Positions 30,917 through 41,685 of a stretch of DNA of 64,000 bases are shown in pieces (the stretch's first letter is position 1; each line of letters starts with the position of its first letter). The stretch comes from Sulfurospirillum sp. GTDB lineage: Bacteria > Campylobacterota > Campylobacteria > Campylobacterales > Sulfurospirillaceae. Below the pieces are notes generated by a model, which saw nothing but the letters and a program-made list of their open reading frames with translations, was not told the origin of the DNA and ran no database searches. The stretch spans positions 32,001 through 96,000 of the forward strand of contig JASFYR010000014.1 in assembly GCA_045047115.1 (NCBI GenBank). The letters run 5' to 3'. A program made the position numbers and the translations under genes.

Positions 30917-33900
30917 ATGCCAAAAAGAGATGATATAAAAACGATACTTTTGATAGGCTCTGGTCCTATTGTCATAGGACAGGCTTGCGAGTTTGACTAT
31001 TCTGGCACACAGGCTGCTAAAACATTGAAAGAATTAGGTTATAAAGTTGTTTTGATAAATTCAAACCCGGCGACAATTATGACTGACCCTGAATTTGCAG
31101 ATAGAACTTATATAGAACCTATAAACGAAGAGATTATTCAAAAGATTATAAAAAAAGAGGGAATTGATGCTATTTTACCTACTATGGGTGGGCAAACTGC
31201 ACTGAATGTTGCTATGAGTATGTATGAAAAAGGCATGCTTAAAGGAGTAAAATTCTTAGGTGCAAATCCCGAAGCTATAAAAAAAGGTGAAGACAGACAG
31301 GCATTTAAAGAGGCAATGATAAAAATCGGGATGGATTTACCAAAAAGTAAATACGCCTATGATCTCAAAGAGGCACAAACCGCTGCTGATGAGATAGGTT
31401 TTCCACTCATAATCCGTGCATCATATACACTAGCAGGCGGCGGAAGTGGAGTCGCTTATAATATAGATGAATTTAAAGAGATAGCGACTGGTGGATTGGA
31501 AGCAAGTCCTATAAATGAGATACTTATAGAAGAGTCTCTTTTGGGTTGGAAAGAATATGAGATGGAAGTCATACGAGACAGCAGTGATAACTGTATCATA
31601 GTCTGTTCTATTGAAAATTTTGATCCGATGGGAGTCCATACGGGAGACAGTATAACTATAGCTCCAGCTCTTACATTAACAGATAAAGAGTATCAGCATA
31701 TGAGAAATGCCTCTTTTGCAATTTTAAGAGAAATAGGCGTAGATACTGGCGGAAGCAATGTTCAGTTTGCTATCAATCCTCAAAATGGAAGGATGACTGT
31801 TATAGAGATGAATCCTCGCGTGAGCCGAAGTAGTGCATTAGCCTCAAAGGCGACAGGTTACCCGATAGCAAAAGTTGCAACTCTTCTGGCGGTCGGATAT
31901 AGATTGGATGAAATTACAAACGATATAACAGGAACGGCTGCCAGTTTCGAGCCAGTGATAGATTATATAGTGACAAAAATTCCAAGATTTACATTTGAAA
32001 AATTCCCTGTTGCAAACTCAACGCTTACCACATCCATGAAGAGTGTCGGAGAAGTAATGGCAATAGGTAGGACTTTTAAAGAGTCTTTCCAAAAAGCACT
32101 CTGTTCACTTGAAGTTGGGCTTAGTGGATTTGATGAGATTAAATATGATGATGAGAAGCTCAAAAAAGAGATTCGTCGTCCAAATGAGTTTAGAGCGCTG
32201 TGTGTTATGGAAGCACTTGGTCGTGGATTTAGTGTTGATGAGATATATGAGCTAAGCAAGATAGACAAGTGGTTTTTACATCAATTCGAAGATTTGGTAA
32301 AGTTTGAGAAAAAATTGGATATGTTTGCTTTAAATGACGAAAAACTTCTAAGAGAAGCAAAAAGCTACGGTTTTTCAGATAAAAAGATAGCATGGCTCAT
32401 AAACAAATACGATAATTTAGAGCTCACGCAAAATGATATATATTTTGCACGACAAAAACTAGGCATTGATTTAGAGTACAATGAAGTTGATACCTGTGCA
32501 GCAGAGTTCAAAGCCCTCACGCCGTATCTGTACTCAACAACAAATATAACAAAACTTCCAAAAGAGAAAAAAGCCAAGAGCGCTGACAAAAAAGTGATGA
32601 TAATAGGTGGCGGACCAAACAGAATAGGGCAAGGCATCGAGTTTGACTACTGCTGTGTGCATGCTGCTTATGCTCTAAAAGATATGGGTATAAAAACTAT
32701 CATGTATAATTGCAATCCCGAGACAGTCTCTACCGATTATGATACAAGCGATATACTATACTTTGAACCGATAGATTTTGAACATGTAAGAAGTGTGGTT
32801 GAGAATGAAGAACCAAACGGTATAATAGTGCACTTTGGAGGTCAGACCCCACTAAAGATTGCAAAAAGATTGACTGTAATCGGTGCAAAAATTATAGGTA
32901 CAACTGCCAGAGTGATAGACGAAGCGGAAGACAGAGAGAAGTTTTCAGCTTTTATAAAAGAAAATGGACTTTTGCAACCTAGAAACGATACAGCTGTAAG
33001 CAAAGAAGAAGCGATAGAAAAAGCAAAAGAGATAGGCTATCCTGTACTTGTGCGACCTAGTTATGTTTTGGGTGGAAGAGCTATGAGAATAGTATATAAC
33101 GAAAGTGAACTCAGAGAGTATATGGATGAAGCGGTGAGTGTCAGCCACAGCTCTCCTGTTTTGATAGATCAATTTTTGGATAATGCCATAGAGATAGATG
33201 TAGATGCCGTGTGTGACGGAAAAGATGTCTATCTTGGAGCTATAATGCAACACATAGAGGAAGCCGGAATCCACAGTGGTGACAGTGCGTGTTCGCTTCC
33301 AACTGTGAGTCTTAGCAAAAGACTTGTGAAAAAAGTAGAACAGCAGACTAAAAAGATAGCCCTAAATCTAGGAGTTATCGGCTTAATGAATATCCAATTT
33401 GCTATCTATAATGATGATGTCTATATGATAGAGGTAAATCCACGAGCAAGCAGAACCGTACCATTTGTATCAAAAGCTACAGGAGTTCCTTTGGCCAAAG
33501 TGGCAACAAGAGTGATGTGGCAAGGGGATTTGAGAGAGGCATTGGAGTACTATGATACATTTAATGTTGTTATAGAAGAAGACGGACTTTTAAAAGCAAA
33601 AACCAAAGGACATGTTGCGGTAAAAGAGGCAGTATTTCCTTTTAATAAACTTCAAGGTGCCGATCTTATACTCGGACCTGAGATGAAATCAACAGGTGAA
33701 GTTATGGGTATCAGTAAAGACTTTGCAACATCTTTCGCCAAATCACAGATAGCATCAAACAACATTTTACCAAAGGGCGGTACTGTATTTATCTCTTTGA
33801 CTGACAATGACAAAAAATATGCCGCAAAGATTGGCAAAAGATTTAACGATTTAGGTTTTAAGGTTTTAGCAACAGGCGGAACTCATAAAGCTTTTAATGA

Positions 33901-34174
33901 AGCAGGGGTAGCAAGTGAGTTTGTCTATAAGATCAGCGAGGGCAGACCAAATGTAGAAGACAAGCTCAAAAATGGAGAGATAGATTTGGTGATAAATACC
34001 AGTGATAACAAATCGAGCAAGGATGATGCAAAAAAGATTCGCCAGTCGGTTTTGAGATTTAATATACCATACTTTACTACAATTGCTGCTGCTACAGTGG
34101 CTGCAAAAAGTCTGGCTTTTATACAAGATGAGAGCGTATATGAGCCAAAAGCTTTGCAAGATTATCTGAGATAA
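30917..34174 (+). CDS. carB: Carbamoyl-phosphate synthase large subunit
   Basis: [16 protein letters not shown], duplicated ATP-grasp domains, MGS domain. Confidence 0.98.
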   Translation: MPKRDDIKTILLIGSGPIVIGQACEFDYSGTQAAKTLKELGYKVVLINSNPATIMTDPEFADRTYIEPINEEIIQKIIKKEGIDAILPTMGGQTALNVAMSMYEKGMLKGVKFLGANPEAIKKGEDRQAFKEAMIKIGMDLPKSKYAYDLKEAQTAADEIGFPLIIRASYTLAGGGSGVAYNIDEFKEIATGGLEASPINEILIEESLLGWKEYEMEVIRDSSDNCIIVCSIENFDPMGVHTGDSITIAPALTLTDKEYQHMRNASFAILREIGVDTGGSNVQFAINPQNGRMTVIEMNPRVSRSSALASKATGYPIAKVATLLAVGYRLDEITNDITGTAASFEPVIDYIVTKIPRFTFEKFPVANSTLTTSMKSVGEVMAIGRTFKESFQKALCSLEVGLSGFDEIKYDDEKLKKEIRRPNEFRALCVMEALGRGFSVDEIYELSKIDKWFLHQFEDLVKFEKKLDMFALNDEKLLREAKSYGFSDKKIAWLINKYDNLELTQNDIYFARQKLGIDLEYNEVDTCAAEFKALTPYLYSTTNITKLPKEKKAKSADKKVMIIGGGPNRIGQGIEFDYCCVHAAYALKDMGIKTIMYNCNPETVSTDYDTSDILYFEPIDFEHVRSVVENEEPNGIIVHFGGQTPLKIAKRLTVIGAKIIGTTARVIDEAEDREKFSAFIKENGLLQPRNDTAVSKEEAIEKAKEIGYPVLVRPSYVLGGRAMRIVYNESELREYMDEAVSVSHSSPVLIDQFLDNAIEIDVDAVCDGKDVYLGAIMQHIEEAGIHSGDSACSLPTVSLSKRLVKKVEQQTKKIALNLGVIGLMNIQFAIYNDDVYMIEVNPRASRTVPFVSKATGVPLAKVATRVMWQGDLREALEYYDTFNVVIEEDGLLKAKTKGHVAVKEAVFPFNKLQGADLILGPEMKSTGEVMGISKDFATSFAKSQIASNNILPKGGTVFISLTDNDKKYAAKIGKRFNDLGFKVLATGGTHKAFNEAGVASEFVYKISEGRPNVEDKLKNGEIDLVINTSDNKSSKDDAKKIRQSVLRFNIPYFTTIAAATVAAKSLAFIQDESVYEPKALQDYLR

Positions 34175-34175
34175 A

Positions 34176-34616
34176 ATGAATCCGACAGTTGTTTATCTGG
34201 CACAGACAGATACGACTACCGGATTTTTGTCTCAAAACAGTGAGAGATTAGACCAAATAAAAAATAGAAGAGGTAAAATAGGATACATAATCAGTGTTGA
34301 CTCAAATGCAACTCTTAAAACTTTTACAAGAGTTCCTCAAATTCATAAAAAAATGTTAAGAAGAGTGAAAAAAACAACTATAGTCTATCCAAATAATTTG
34401 GCGATAAGAGTAGTAAAAAACAAAGAGCATCTGAAGTTTTTAAAAAAGCTAAAATGGTGTTATTCTACATCTTCAAACCCCACAGGAGGCAGTTTTCAAG
34501 AAAGCTTTGCAAAAGAGAAAGCAGATGTTGTTTTATATACGAAATTTGGTTTTGGTGAAAAAAATCCTTCAAAAATCATAAAATGTGGTAAAATGTCAAA
34601 AAGGAGGCTGAGATGA
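34176..34616 (+). CDS. Short Sua5/YwlC/YrdC-family protein (TsaC-like)
   Basis: QTDTT.G, AIRVV, STSSN motifs. Confidence 0.8.
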   Translation: MNPTVVYLAQTDTTTGFLSQNSERLDQIKNRRGKIGYIISVDSNATLKTFTRVPQIHKKMLRRVKKTTIVYPNNLAIRVVKNKEHLKFLKKLKWCYSTSSNPTGGSFQESFAKEKADVVLYTKFGFGEKNPSKIIKCGKMSKRRLR

Positions 34617-35062
34617 TATATCGTATCTTTAACAGTTTTTTTATGGGTATCGCTTTTGTCTCTTTGATTGACTTTTTATATTTTATTGGGATTAAACTTA
34701 ACTATTTTGATTTTTATAAGATAACAGAGTATTTTAATATCATATTTATAGATAACCAAAATTTTTATTTTATCATTCCTAGTTTTTTTATTGTTGGTTA
34801 TTTGGTTTTATACTGTAGATTTTCAAAAATTTTTATAAGAATCTATATATTGACTATTGTCCTGGCTTTTGCATCAATTTATGAGCCAGTAGGGCACTAT
34901 TTTGGTAAGCTGGAGTTTATGAAGGAGAACCTGTCGTTTCAGGTGGGAGCCATAAAATTCAAAGGTGATTTGCTCTATGTAGGAAGAAGATATATATACA
35001 TATATAGAAAAGATATATTAAAAACAGTCAAAATATTAAAAAAAGATTTAAAACAGCAATAA
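34613..35062 (+). CDS. Hypothetical membrane protein
   Basis: Three TM helices, coupled to the upstream gene. Confidence 0.75.
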   Translation: MIYRIFNSFFMGIAFVSLIDFLYFIGIKLNYFDFYKITEYFNIIFIDNQNFYFIIPSFFIVGYLVLYCRFSKIFIRIYILTIVLAFASIYEPVGHYFGKLEFMKENLSFQVGAIKFKGDLLYVGRRYIYIYRKDILKTVKILKKDLKQQ

Positions 35063-35075
35063 AGGAGATAGAAAT

Positions 35076-35366
35076 ATGAATATTACATTTAATGCTTTTT
35101 CATTTTTGAGAAGTGAGTTGGAAGAAAAAGGTGTGAAGTGCGGAAACTCTCCTATGCAGATCAAAGAGAGTATCAATATAGCTGAACTTGTGCAGAGTCT
35201 TGGGATAGAGCTAGGAAGGGTAGAGGGTGCATTTGTAAATCACAGACTTATGCCAAAAGAGACTGTTTTATGTGAGGGTGACCAGAGGGTGGCACTTGTT
35301 TCGCCTGATGGGATACCTTGTCATATAAGAGCCTATATAGGTGCCACAAAATGCCCTACTGCCTAA
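35076..35366 (+). CDS. MoaD/ThiS (beta-grasp)-like protein lacking C-terminal GG
   Basis: AFVN...L.EGD.RVAL..P pattern, AGGAG SD. Confidence 0.65.
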   Translation: MNITFNAFSFLRSELEEKGVKCGNSPMQIKESINIAELVQSLGIELGRVEGAFVNHRLMPKETVLCEGDQRVALVSPDGIPCHIRAYIGATKCPTA

Positions 35367-35413
35367 GCTTAGAAAAGTAGCTATTTAGGGTATGCTCTTA
35401 TATCGCAACAAGT

Positions 35414-36112
35414 CTATTGTTTGTCAATCGCATATAAAAGTGCTGCTTCTGCATGAATTGTTGCTGTATCTATTAGCGGAATATCACAGTCGCTTTGTTT
35501 GATTAAAAGTGGTATTTCGGTGCAACCAAGAATTATGCCTTTTGCTCCTTGTTGTTTTAGTTTGTTGATAATATTTAAATATTTATTTTTAGACTGTTCT
35601 AAAATTTCCCCTCGAACTAGCTCCTGGATAATAATTTTATGTATTGTTTCTTGATCTTTCGGCTCCGGGACTAGAACAGTAAGATTATTCTTTTCTAGTC
35701 TTGAACTGTAAAAATCTTCGCTCATAGTATACTTTGTACCTAACAAACCAACCGTTCGGATATTTTTTTGTTTTACATCTAGTGCTGTGACATCGATCAA
35801 ATTCAGCAAAGTCAGAGATGTTTTTTGTTGAACTTGGTCAAATACTTTATGCATTGTATTGGTGGTAATTAAGCCAAAGTCAGCACCTGCTGCTTTTAGT
35901 TTATTTGCTACATCAGCCATATCTTTAATGATCAAATCCCATCTATTTTCATCACGCCATTGATGATAGACTGTCATATTTACGCTGTAAATAATAATTT
36001 CCGGGTAGGAATAATCCCCAAATCTGTCAGCATACGCTCTGGTAATATAAAGATAGTAACTGACGGTTGATTCTGGGCTTAATCCACCGATAATGCCAAT
36101 TTTTTTATGCAA
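35414..36112 (-). CDS. Aspartate/glutamate racemase family protein (YgeA/RacX-like)
   Basis: IGGLSPEST, TNTMH, LLGT, GCTEI. TTG start. Confidence 0.9.
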   Translation of the reverse strand: MHKKIGIIGGLSPESTVSYYLYITRAYADRFGDYSYPEIIIYSVNMTVYHQWRDENRWDLIIKDMADVANKLKAAGADFGLITTNTMHKVFDQVQQKTSLTLLNLIDVTALDVKQKNIRTVGLLGTKYTMSEDFYSSRLEKNNLTVLVPEPKDQETIHKIIIQELVRGEILEQSKNKYLNIINKLKQQGAKGIILGCTEIPLLIKQSDCDIPLIDTATIHAEAALLYAIDKQ

Positions 36113-36155
36113 GTTGTACTCCTTGATTAGAAAATTGCCAACAAATGGTTGATTT

Positions 36156-36806
36156 TCAATCTATTTTTTTTTGAAAAATTAGTTTTTTAACAGCTAAAGA
36201 GGCGAGGGCTAGACCAAAACTACCTGTGACCCCGACAAAACTTCCTAGCCCTTGGCATTTTGGATTTTCTGCTGAAAAAACCACATCAAAATCTTCTTTA
36301 AAGTTACTTTTTTTGAGTTCATGTCTGAATTTTCTCGCTAACCCGTCACCATGAGTTTTCCAAATTGAAGAGATCTGTATTAAGGTAGGATCTGTTTTTT
36401 TTGCTCCCCCCATCGAACTTATGAGTTTATATGAACATTTATGAGCAAGCGCTAATTTTGCCGGCATATCGTCTATGGCGTCAATAACCAAATCAAATCT
36501 ATCAAAATTAAAATTTTCTACCCATTTGGGAGTTACTTTCAGATTGAATGCTTCTATGCCATTGTAGATCTTTTGCATTACATCGACTTTGATTTCATCG
36601 ATGTTTTCACTGCCTAATTGTCTATTTTGATTTGTTACTTCAAAGGTGTCAAAGTCGATGACAGTTATCTCTTTTACACCGGTTCGCCATAGTGCATCCA
36701 GACAAAATCCTCCAACTCCGCCGATCCCGAGAAGAAGAATTTTTGCATTTTTTATTCTTTGGAAATCGTTGCCAAAGAGCAGTTTGCATCTAGAATACCT
36801 ATCCAT
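36156..36806 (-). CDS. tcdA: ThiF-family protein, tRNA threonylcarbamoyladenosine dehydratase-like
   Basis: GIGGVG, D.D...TNQNRQ, DAID, SSMGG. Confidence 0.8.
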   Translation of the reverse strand: MDRYSRCKLLFGNDFQRIKNAKILLLGIGGVGGFCLDALWRTGVKEITVIDFDTFEVTNQNRQLGSENIDEIKVDVMQKIYNGIEAFNLKVTPKWVENFNFDRFDLVIDAIDDMPAKLALAHKCSYKLISSMGGAKKTDPTLIQISSIWKTHGDGLARKFRHELKKSNFKEDFDVVFSAENPKCQGLGSFVGVTGSFGLALASLAVKKLIFQKKID

Positions 36807-37581
36807 TGTTTATCCAGTTCTTTAAGCTCTCCATCTCTTCGTGCGCACTCATATCAAGTTTTATGGGTGAGATAGAGACAAACCCCTCTTCTATAGCACT
36901 TAGATCACAATCTTTGCTTGGATTTTCTTTATGCCTAAGTGCATGGGTTCCTAGCCAATAATACTCTTCTCCTCTCGGGTTTCTATGAAGATGGGCATCA
37001 TTTCCATAGACTCTATACCCGGCACTGGTGATTTTGTAGCCTTTAAATTCATTGGTAAAAGGGACATTTATATTTAAAAATTTTCTTTTGGCAAGTGGGA
37101 AATCTTCATCAAAAATCTTTTTTACAATATCATATATAACAAATTGAGCCAATTTATAACTATCTTTTGTAAGACTTCCGGGTGATTTATCATATACTTG
37201 AGAAATTGCAATAGCAGGAATCCCTTGTAAAACAGCTTCCATAGCGGCACTTGCGGTCCCGCTGTATGTTATGTCTTCTCCCATGTTTGAGCCTTGATTT
37301 ATGCCGCTCACCACCAAATCAGGCCTGCTGTCATCCCTGAAAAGTGCATTTAAAGAGAGGTATATACAATCACTTGGTGTCCCGTCATCCAGCTTAAAAA
37401 AATCATCCTCTATGGTGATGAATCTCAATGGGCGGGTAAGTGTAAGAGAGTGTCCACAAGCAGATTTTTCACTGCTAGGAGCAACAACTGTTATGTGACC
37501 AAGGGGTAAAAGAGCTTCTTTTAAGGCTTTTAGACCATCACTTTCAAAACCATCATCATTTGTTATTAGAATTTTTTTCAT
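36799..37581 (-). CDS. surE: 5'/3'-nucleotidase SurE
   Basis: ITNDDG, GTPSDC, SGINQGSN, YSGT. Confidence 0.96.
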   Translation of the reverse strand: MKKILITNDDGFESDGLKALKEALLPLGHITVVAPSSEKSACGHSLTLTRPLRFITIEDDFFKLDDGTPSDCIYLSLNALFRDDSRPDLVVSGINQGSNMGEDITYSGTASAAMEAVLQGIPAIAISQVYDKSPGSLTKDSYKLAQFVIYDIVKKIFDEDFPLAKRKFLNINVPFTNEFKGYKITSAGYRVYGNDAHLHRNPRGEEYYWLGTHALRHKENPSKDCDLSAIEEGFVSISPIKLDMSAHEEMESLKNWINNG

Positions 37582-37632
37582 AGGGTACTTTCAAATTTTT
37601 ATGAAATTATACACAAAAATTTAAAATAAGTG

Positions 37633-37658
37633 GATGGTTGTCAAAGAAGACAACCATC
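37633..37658. terminator. Hairpin downstream of the DUF1104-like gene (likely terminator)
   Basis: GATGGTTGTC-AAAGAA-GACAACCATC, a perfect 10-bp stem. Confidence 0.6.
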
Positions 37659-37687
37659 TTTTGAAGTTTTTTTGTATTGTTGTGAAA

Positions 37688-38068
37688 TTATCTTTTTCCC
37701 ATGCCGCCACCAGAGCCGCCACCGAAGCCACCCATGCCACCACCAGAGCCGCCACCGAAGCCACCCATGCCGCTACCCATTCCTTCACCTGTTCCGCCGG
37801 CAGATTCACCCATGCTGCCATCACCGCTACCATCCCTAGCTGTTGTTCCTAGCTGGGCTCCTGAGCCACCAGGTGCGATACCTAGAGCTGTTCTCTCTTC
37901 GGTTGTCATTGTGGAGACTCTGCTTTGCATCTCTTCTTGAAATGCTGCTTTCTCTTCAGTTGCTATTGTGCCTTTTGCTGCAACTAAATCCTCTGTGCTC
38001 ATTGATGCGAAATCTGTCGCATTCAATACTCCCGCAGCTAAAATTGCTGCCAAAACTAATCTTTTCAT
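37688..38068 (-). CDS. Exported DUF1104-like protein with Gly/Met-rich tail
   Basis: Signal peptide ending LNA, DFASMSTEDL...F..EM..R...M..EER, then (GMGGFGGGSGG)x2. Confidence 0.75.
   Translation of the reverse strand: MKRLVLAAILAAGVLNATDFASMSTEDLVAAKGTIATEEKAAFQEEMQSRVSTMTTEERTALGIAPGGSGAQLGTTARDGSGDGSMGESAGGTGEGMGSGMGGFGGGSGGGMGGFGGGSGGGMGKR
37698..37772. repeat. 33-bp tandem repeat (about 2.3 copies)
   Basis: CCCATGCC(G/A)CCACCAGAGCCGCCACCGAAGCCA repeated within the CDS. Confidence 0.85.
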
Positions 38069-38135
38069 TTTTGACTCCTTATGTGTTTTGATGGTGAAAT
38101 TATCACAAAAGAGTGTTACTGAAATGTTAACTGGA

Positions 38136-38555
38136 TTATTTTTGCAAAATTACTTTATTATCCCGAACATTTATAATTTTGACTTTATCTCCATTTTTGT
38201 ATCCACTGATATCATCAAGTGTTTTCCAGTAGGTTCCGTCAAATTTTATCGCTCCGTCTTCTATGGTTCCGATTCCGCTTACATGTGCTCTCTCTTCTTT
38301 TTCGTTTTTGGATTTAGAGAGTTTCTTCAAGAGTGTTTTGCGCAAGATAAAGGTAAAAATCAAAGCAGATATAAAAGCGACAGCGATTTGCAGTGCTCCG
38401 TTGTCAAACATATAAAAGTATGAAATTATCGAGACCAGTACAAATCCTATGCCTATGAAAAAAAGAACAAAAGAAAAGGTCAATGCTTCGAGACCGATAA
38501 GCAGTATGCCAAAAGCCAAAAGCCAAGATGCTGCGATAGTTTCGATCATAATCAA
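38136..38555 (-). CDS. NfeD-like (short) membrane protein
   Basis: TM helices plus OB-fold G.I.FDGT.W, downstream of an SPFH gene. Confidence 0.85.
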   Translation of the reverse strand: MIMIETIAASWLLAFGILLIGLEALTFSFVLFFIGIGFVLVSIISYFYMFDNGALQIAVAFISALIFTFILRKTLLKKLSKSKNEKEERAHVSGIGTIEDGAIKFDGTYWKTLDDISGYKNGDKVKIINVRDNKVILQK

Positions 38556-39466
38556 GCCTTTTTGGATGAGATGAATTCTTTTAAAACCGACAAAGATCCA
38601 ATGAGCTCTGTAGTCTCATATGGAATTACTATTTTATCTTTAGATGAGCTTTTTGCTAATTTGGAAAATGCCTTTACTCTGTCTTTTGCGAGCATAAACT
38701 CTGCTGCTTTTGTATTTTCTGCCATAGCACTGTTTATCATGAGTATTGCATTTTGCTGACCTTCTGCCAGTTTTTCCTGTTCATATTTTTTTGCATCAGC
38801 CATTCTCTCTATGGCATCTGCTTGTAAAAATGTCTTTTCTTTTGCACCCTCTGCTTCTTGGATGACTGCTTCTTTGTTTGCCTGTGCTTTCAATTCTATC
38901 GCTCTTTTTTCTCTTTCGGCTTTCATTTGAAGATTCATAGCTTCTTCGATTTCTATAGGTACGGATATATCTCTTAGCTCAACTCTCATGGTTTTAACAC
39001 CCCATTTAGACGAAGCTTCATCTATGGCACGGAGTATTTTTCTATTTAGTGTATCTCTTGAAGAGAGAGTCTCATCGAGTGCCAATTGACCAATTTCAGC
39101 TCTTAAGGTTGTGGTAGAAAGATTTGAAAGAGCTGATTTAAAATTTACAACACCATATGTTGCTTTTTTGGCATCCTCAACCTGTATAAAAACTATGCCG
39201 TCAACGCTTATGTTTACATTATCTTTCGTGATAACATTTTGTTGTGGTATATTTATGATTTGTTCTTGTTTGGTTAATTTAGAGGCAATATTATCAAGTA
39301 TAGGTATAATGATGTGAAATCCACCCTCAAGGGTACGGTTAAATTTACCAAGTCTTTCAATTACATAGGCATGCGTTTGTGGTACGATTACCACACCTTT
39401 TATAATAATGATTCCGATTGCGATGATTATAGCAAAACTTATGATACTGGCTGCTTCATACTGCAT
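38552..39466 (-). CDS. SPFH/stomatin (paraslipin/QmcA-like) protein
   Basis: VIERLGKF, VITKDNV, TTLRAEIG, QMKAER. Confidence 0.92.
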   Translation of the reverse strand: MQYEAASIISFAIIIAIGIIIIKGVVIVPQTHAYVIERLGKFNRTLEGGFHIIIPILDNIASKLTKQEQIINIPQQNVITKDNVNISVDGIVFIQVEDAKKATYGVVNFKSALSNLSTTTLRAEIGQLALDETLSSRDTLNRKILRAIDEASSKWGVKTMRVELRDISVPIEIEEAMNLQMKAEREKRAIELKAQANKEAVIQEAEGAKEKTFLQADAIERMADAKKYEQEKLAEGQQNAILMINSAMAENTKAAEFMLAKDRVKAFSKLAKSSSKDKIVIPYETTELIGSLSVLKEFISSKKA

Positions 39467-39509
39467 GATAACTCCTTTAAATTTATGATACTTAAATTTT
39501 CTATTTCAG

Positions 39510-40376
39510 TCAAGGTTTAATAAAATCTTTAAATTCTCTAAAAAGTCTGCTTTGATGTTTATTTTTGTGGTAAATAAGGTAAAAATCTCTTTTTATCTCT
39601 ATATTTTTTAATTTTAGCTCAAAAAGTTCACCTCTTTGAAGTTCTTTTTCTACTGCCCGTTTAGATATACAGGTGATTACATTTGCATTGTTACACAATA
39701 GAGTTTTTGCCTCTTCAAATTCACTGAATTCCATAAAAATTTTTATATCTTTTGAAAAATTACCCAAGGCATTTAAAAAGATCTCTCTTGTTCCTGAGCC
39801 TTTTTCTCTTAATATCCATTTTTTTTCAAACAATTCATCTATATAAAATTCTCTATTTTTTAACTTTTTATTGCTGGTAACTATGACAGGGTTGTCTTCG
39901 CCTATCGTTTCTTTAACGATTTGAGGTTCTATGTAGTCGGACTCTATAAAACCCATATCTATACTCCCATTTTTTATAAGCTTAATGATATTTGCTGAGT
40001 TTTGTATATCTCTGTTTATCTTTACATGTGGAAACTTCACTAAAAAGTTATATATGATTTGAGGCATTATAAACTCGCCTATGGTTTTGCTTAGAGCTAT
40101 ATTGAGTTGTCCTGAGATTTTATCTTTTACGAAAAGTTCCTCGGCATCTTTGAGGTTCAAAAAGTGTTCATAAGTTTTCTCTTTAAACTCTCTACCCCTG
40201 TCGTTTAGAAGTAGTTTTTTGCCAATCCTGTCAAAAAGTTTGGTATCCAACTTTTTTTCAAGTGATTTTATAGACAAAGAGAGTGCTGATTGGGTTAAGT
40301 TCAACTCCTTGGCAAGGGAGCTTATGTGTGTATTATCGCTTAGTTTATAAAAAATATTTAATTCTTTGAGTGTCAT
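39510..40376 (-). CDS. LysR family regulator (YeiE/CysL-like)
   Basis: LNLTQSALS..IK.LE, LFDRIGK, REKGSGTR. Divergent from a YeiH gene. Confidence 0.9.
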   Translation of the reverse strand: MTLKELNIFYKLSDNTHISSLAKELNLTQSALSLSIKSLEKKLDTKLFDRIGKKLLLNDRGREFKEKTYEHFLNLKDAEELFVKDKISGQLNIALSKTIGEFIMPQIIYNFLVKFPHVKINRDIQNSANIIKLIKNGSIDMGFIESDYIEPQIVKETIGEDNPVIVTSNKKLKNREFYIDELFEKKWILREKGSGTREIFLNALGNFSKDIKIFMEFSEFEEAKTLLCNNANVITCISKRAVEKELQRGELFELKLKNIEIKRDFYLIYHKNKHQSRLFREFKDFIKP

Positions 40377-40487
40377 AGAAATCTCCCGCTCTTATATAAA
40401 AAATATTTAATATTATAGCAAAATTAATTTATTTTACTTATATATAGAATGATAGTATAATTCCGAAATTTTAAAAAGGGTTTATAT

Positions 40488-41516
40488 ATGTTCAATAAAG
40501 AAAACAGAGGCCACACATTAAGTGGTATACTTTTTGTTGCGTTATTCGCGATGAGTGCTACATATCTGGCAGATTTTGCGATATTTAAGCATTTGGCTAT
40601 TAGTCCGCTTATCATCGGTATCGTTTTGGGGATTGTTTATGCAAATACTTTAAGAAACAAACTCCCTGGTGAATGGGTTCCGGGAATTATATTTTCTACA
40701 AAAATCCTACTGAGAGCAGGAATCATATTTTATGGCTTTAGATTGACTTTCCAAAGCATAGAAGCAGTTGGAATTTCCGGGATTTTTATGAGTGTAACGA
40801 TAGTGACTTTAACATTTATCTTGGGTTATTTTATCGGGGTAAAAGTTTTAAAGATGGATAGAGATACGACCATATTGGTTACAGCAGGAAGCTCTATCTG
40901 TGGAGCTGCTGCAGTACTGGCAACTGAGCCTGTTGTTAATAGCGAGCCTTATAAAAGTGCAATAGCAGTGTCAACTGTCATAGTTTTTGGAACGACTGCA
41001 ATGTTTTTATATCCGTTTCTATATAGGATGGGGTATATTCCGCTAAGTCCGCAAGAGATGGGTATATATATCGGTGGAACTATTCATGAGGTGGCTCATG
41101 CAGTCGCAGCGGGAAATGCGGTTGGTCCTGAGGCTGCAAAGACTGCAGTTATAGTGAAGATGATAAGAGTGATGATGATAGCACCGTTTTTACTAGTCTT
41201 GGGATTTTGGTTGGCAAAAACAACAAAAGTGGTTGGTAAAAAGCAAAAAGCCAAGATAGTTATCCCTTGGTTTGCCGTCTTTTTTATGGTGGTAGCAGGA
41301 TTTAACTCTCTTAATCTTTTGCCTACTCATTTAGTGACTGATATCAACTCCATAGATACTTTTTTACTAACTATGGCGATGAGTGCCCTTGGTATGGAAA
41401 CAAGTATAGATAAGTTCAAAAAAGCGGGAATGAAACCCATATATCTTGCATCAATTCTCTTTATATGGTTGATTTTTGGTGGATTCTATATAGTCAAGCT
41501 TGCAGTTAGTCTGTAG
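40488..41516 (+). CDS. YeiH family (UPF0324) putative sulfate/sulfite exporter
   Basis: LLRAGIIFYG, GSSICGAAA, TIHEVAH, KMIRV. Confidence 0.92.
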   Translation: MFNKENRGHTLSGILFVALFAMSATYLADFAIFKHLAISPLIIGIVLGIVYANTLRNKLPGEWVPGIIFSTKILLRAGIIFYGFRLTFQSIEAVGISGIFMSVTIVTLTFILGYFIGVKVLKMDRDTTILVTAGSSICGAAAVLATEPVVNSEPYKSAIAVSTVIVFGTTAMFLYPFLYRMGYIPLSPQEMGIYIGGTIHEVAHAVAAGNAVGPEAAKTAVIVKMIRVMMIAPFLLVLGFWLAKTTKVVGKKQKAKIVIPWFAVFFMVVAGFNSLNLLPTHLVTDINSIDTFLLTMAMSALGMETSIDKFKKAGMKPIYLASILFIWLIFGGFYIVKLAVSL

Positions 41517-41527
41517 CTTATAATAGC

Positions 41528-41543
41528 TTAAATGAGTCAGAGT
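41528..41543. repeat. Left copy of a 16-bp perfect inverted repeat
   Basis: TTAAATGAGTCAGAGT; its reverse complement is at 43689-43704. Confidence 0.85.
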
Positions 41544-41571
41544 TTAACTTTAAACTAAATAAGATTTTGAA

Positions 41572-41659
41572 AAGCCATATACGGGAAATTCCGCACGTAC
41601 GGATTTGTGAGGGTTCTACCTATGACCGATTTATTGGTTAATAGGTAGTTCTACTCGAT
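41572..41659 (+). mobile_element. Group II intron 3' remnant (domains V and VI)
   Basis: D5 AAGCCATATACGGGAAATTCCGCACGTACGGATTT (AGC triad, AC bulge); D6 hairpin CTACCTAT...ATAGGTAG; bulged A at 41653; terminal ...CTACTCGAT. Confidence 0.85.
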
Positions 41660-41685
41660 GCAATCAGAAGAGGAGGTATAAACTT

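Noticed and set aside
35076..36806. ThiS-like plus ThiF-like genes as a ubiquitin-like conjugation system
   Set aside because: They are convergent and separated by a racemase. The ThiF gene is the usual surE-linked TcdA-like gene, and the small protein lacks GG.
37698..37772. Possible CRISPR array
   Set aside because: Contiguous in-frame coding repeat with no spacers, and no cas genes in the window.
37621..38423. Alternative-frame ORFs with striking repeats (MPPPEPPPKPP, ATRAATEATHA, His-rich)
   Set aside because: Shadows of the 33-bp repeat in the DUF1104-like gene. Only the minus-strand 126-aa ORF has an SD and signal peptide.
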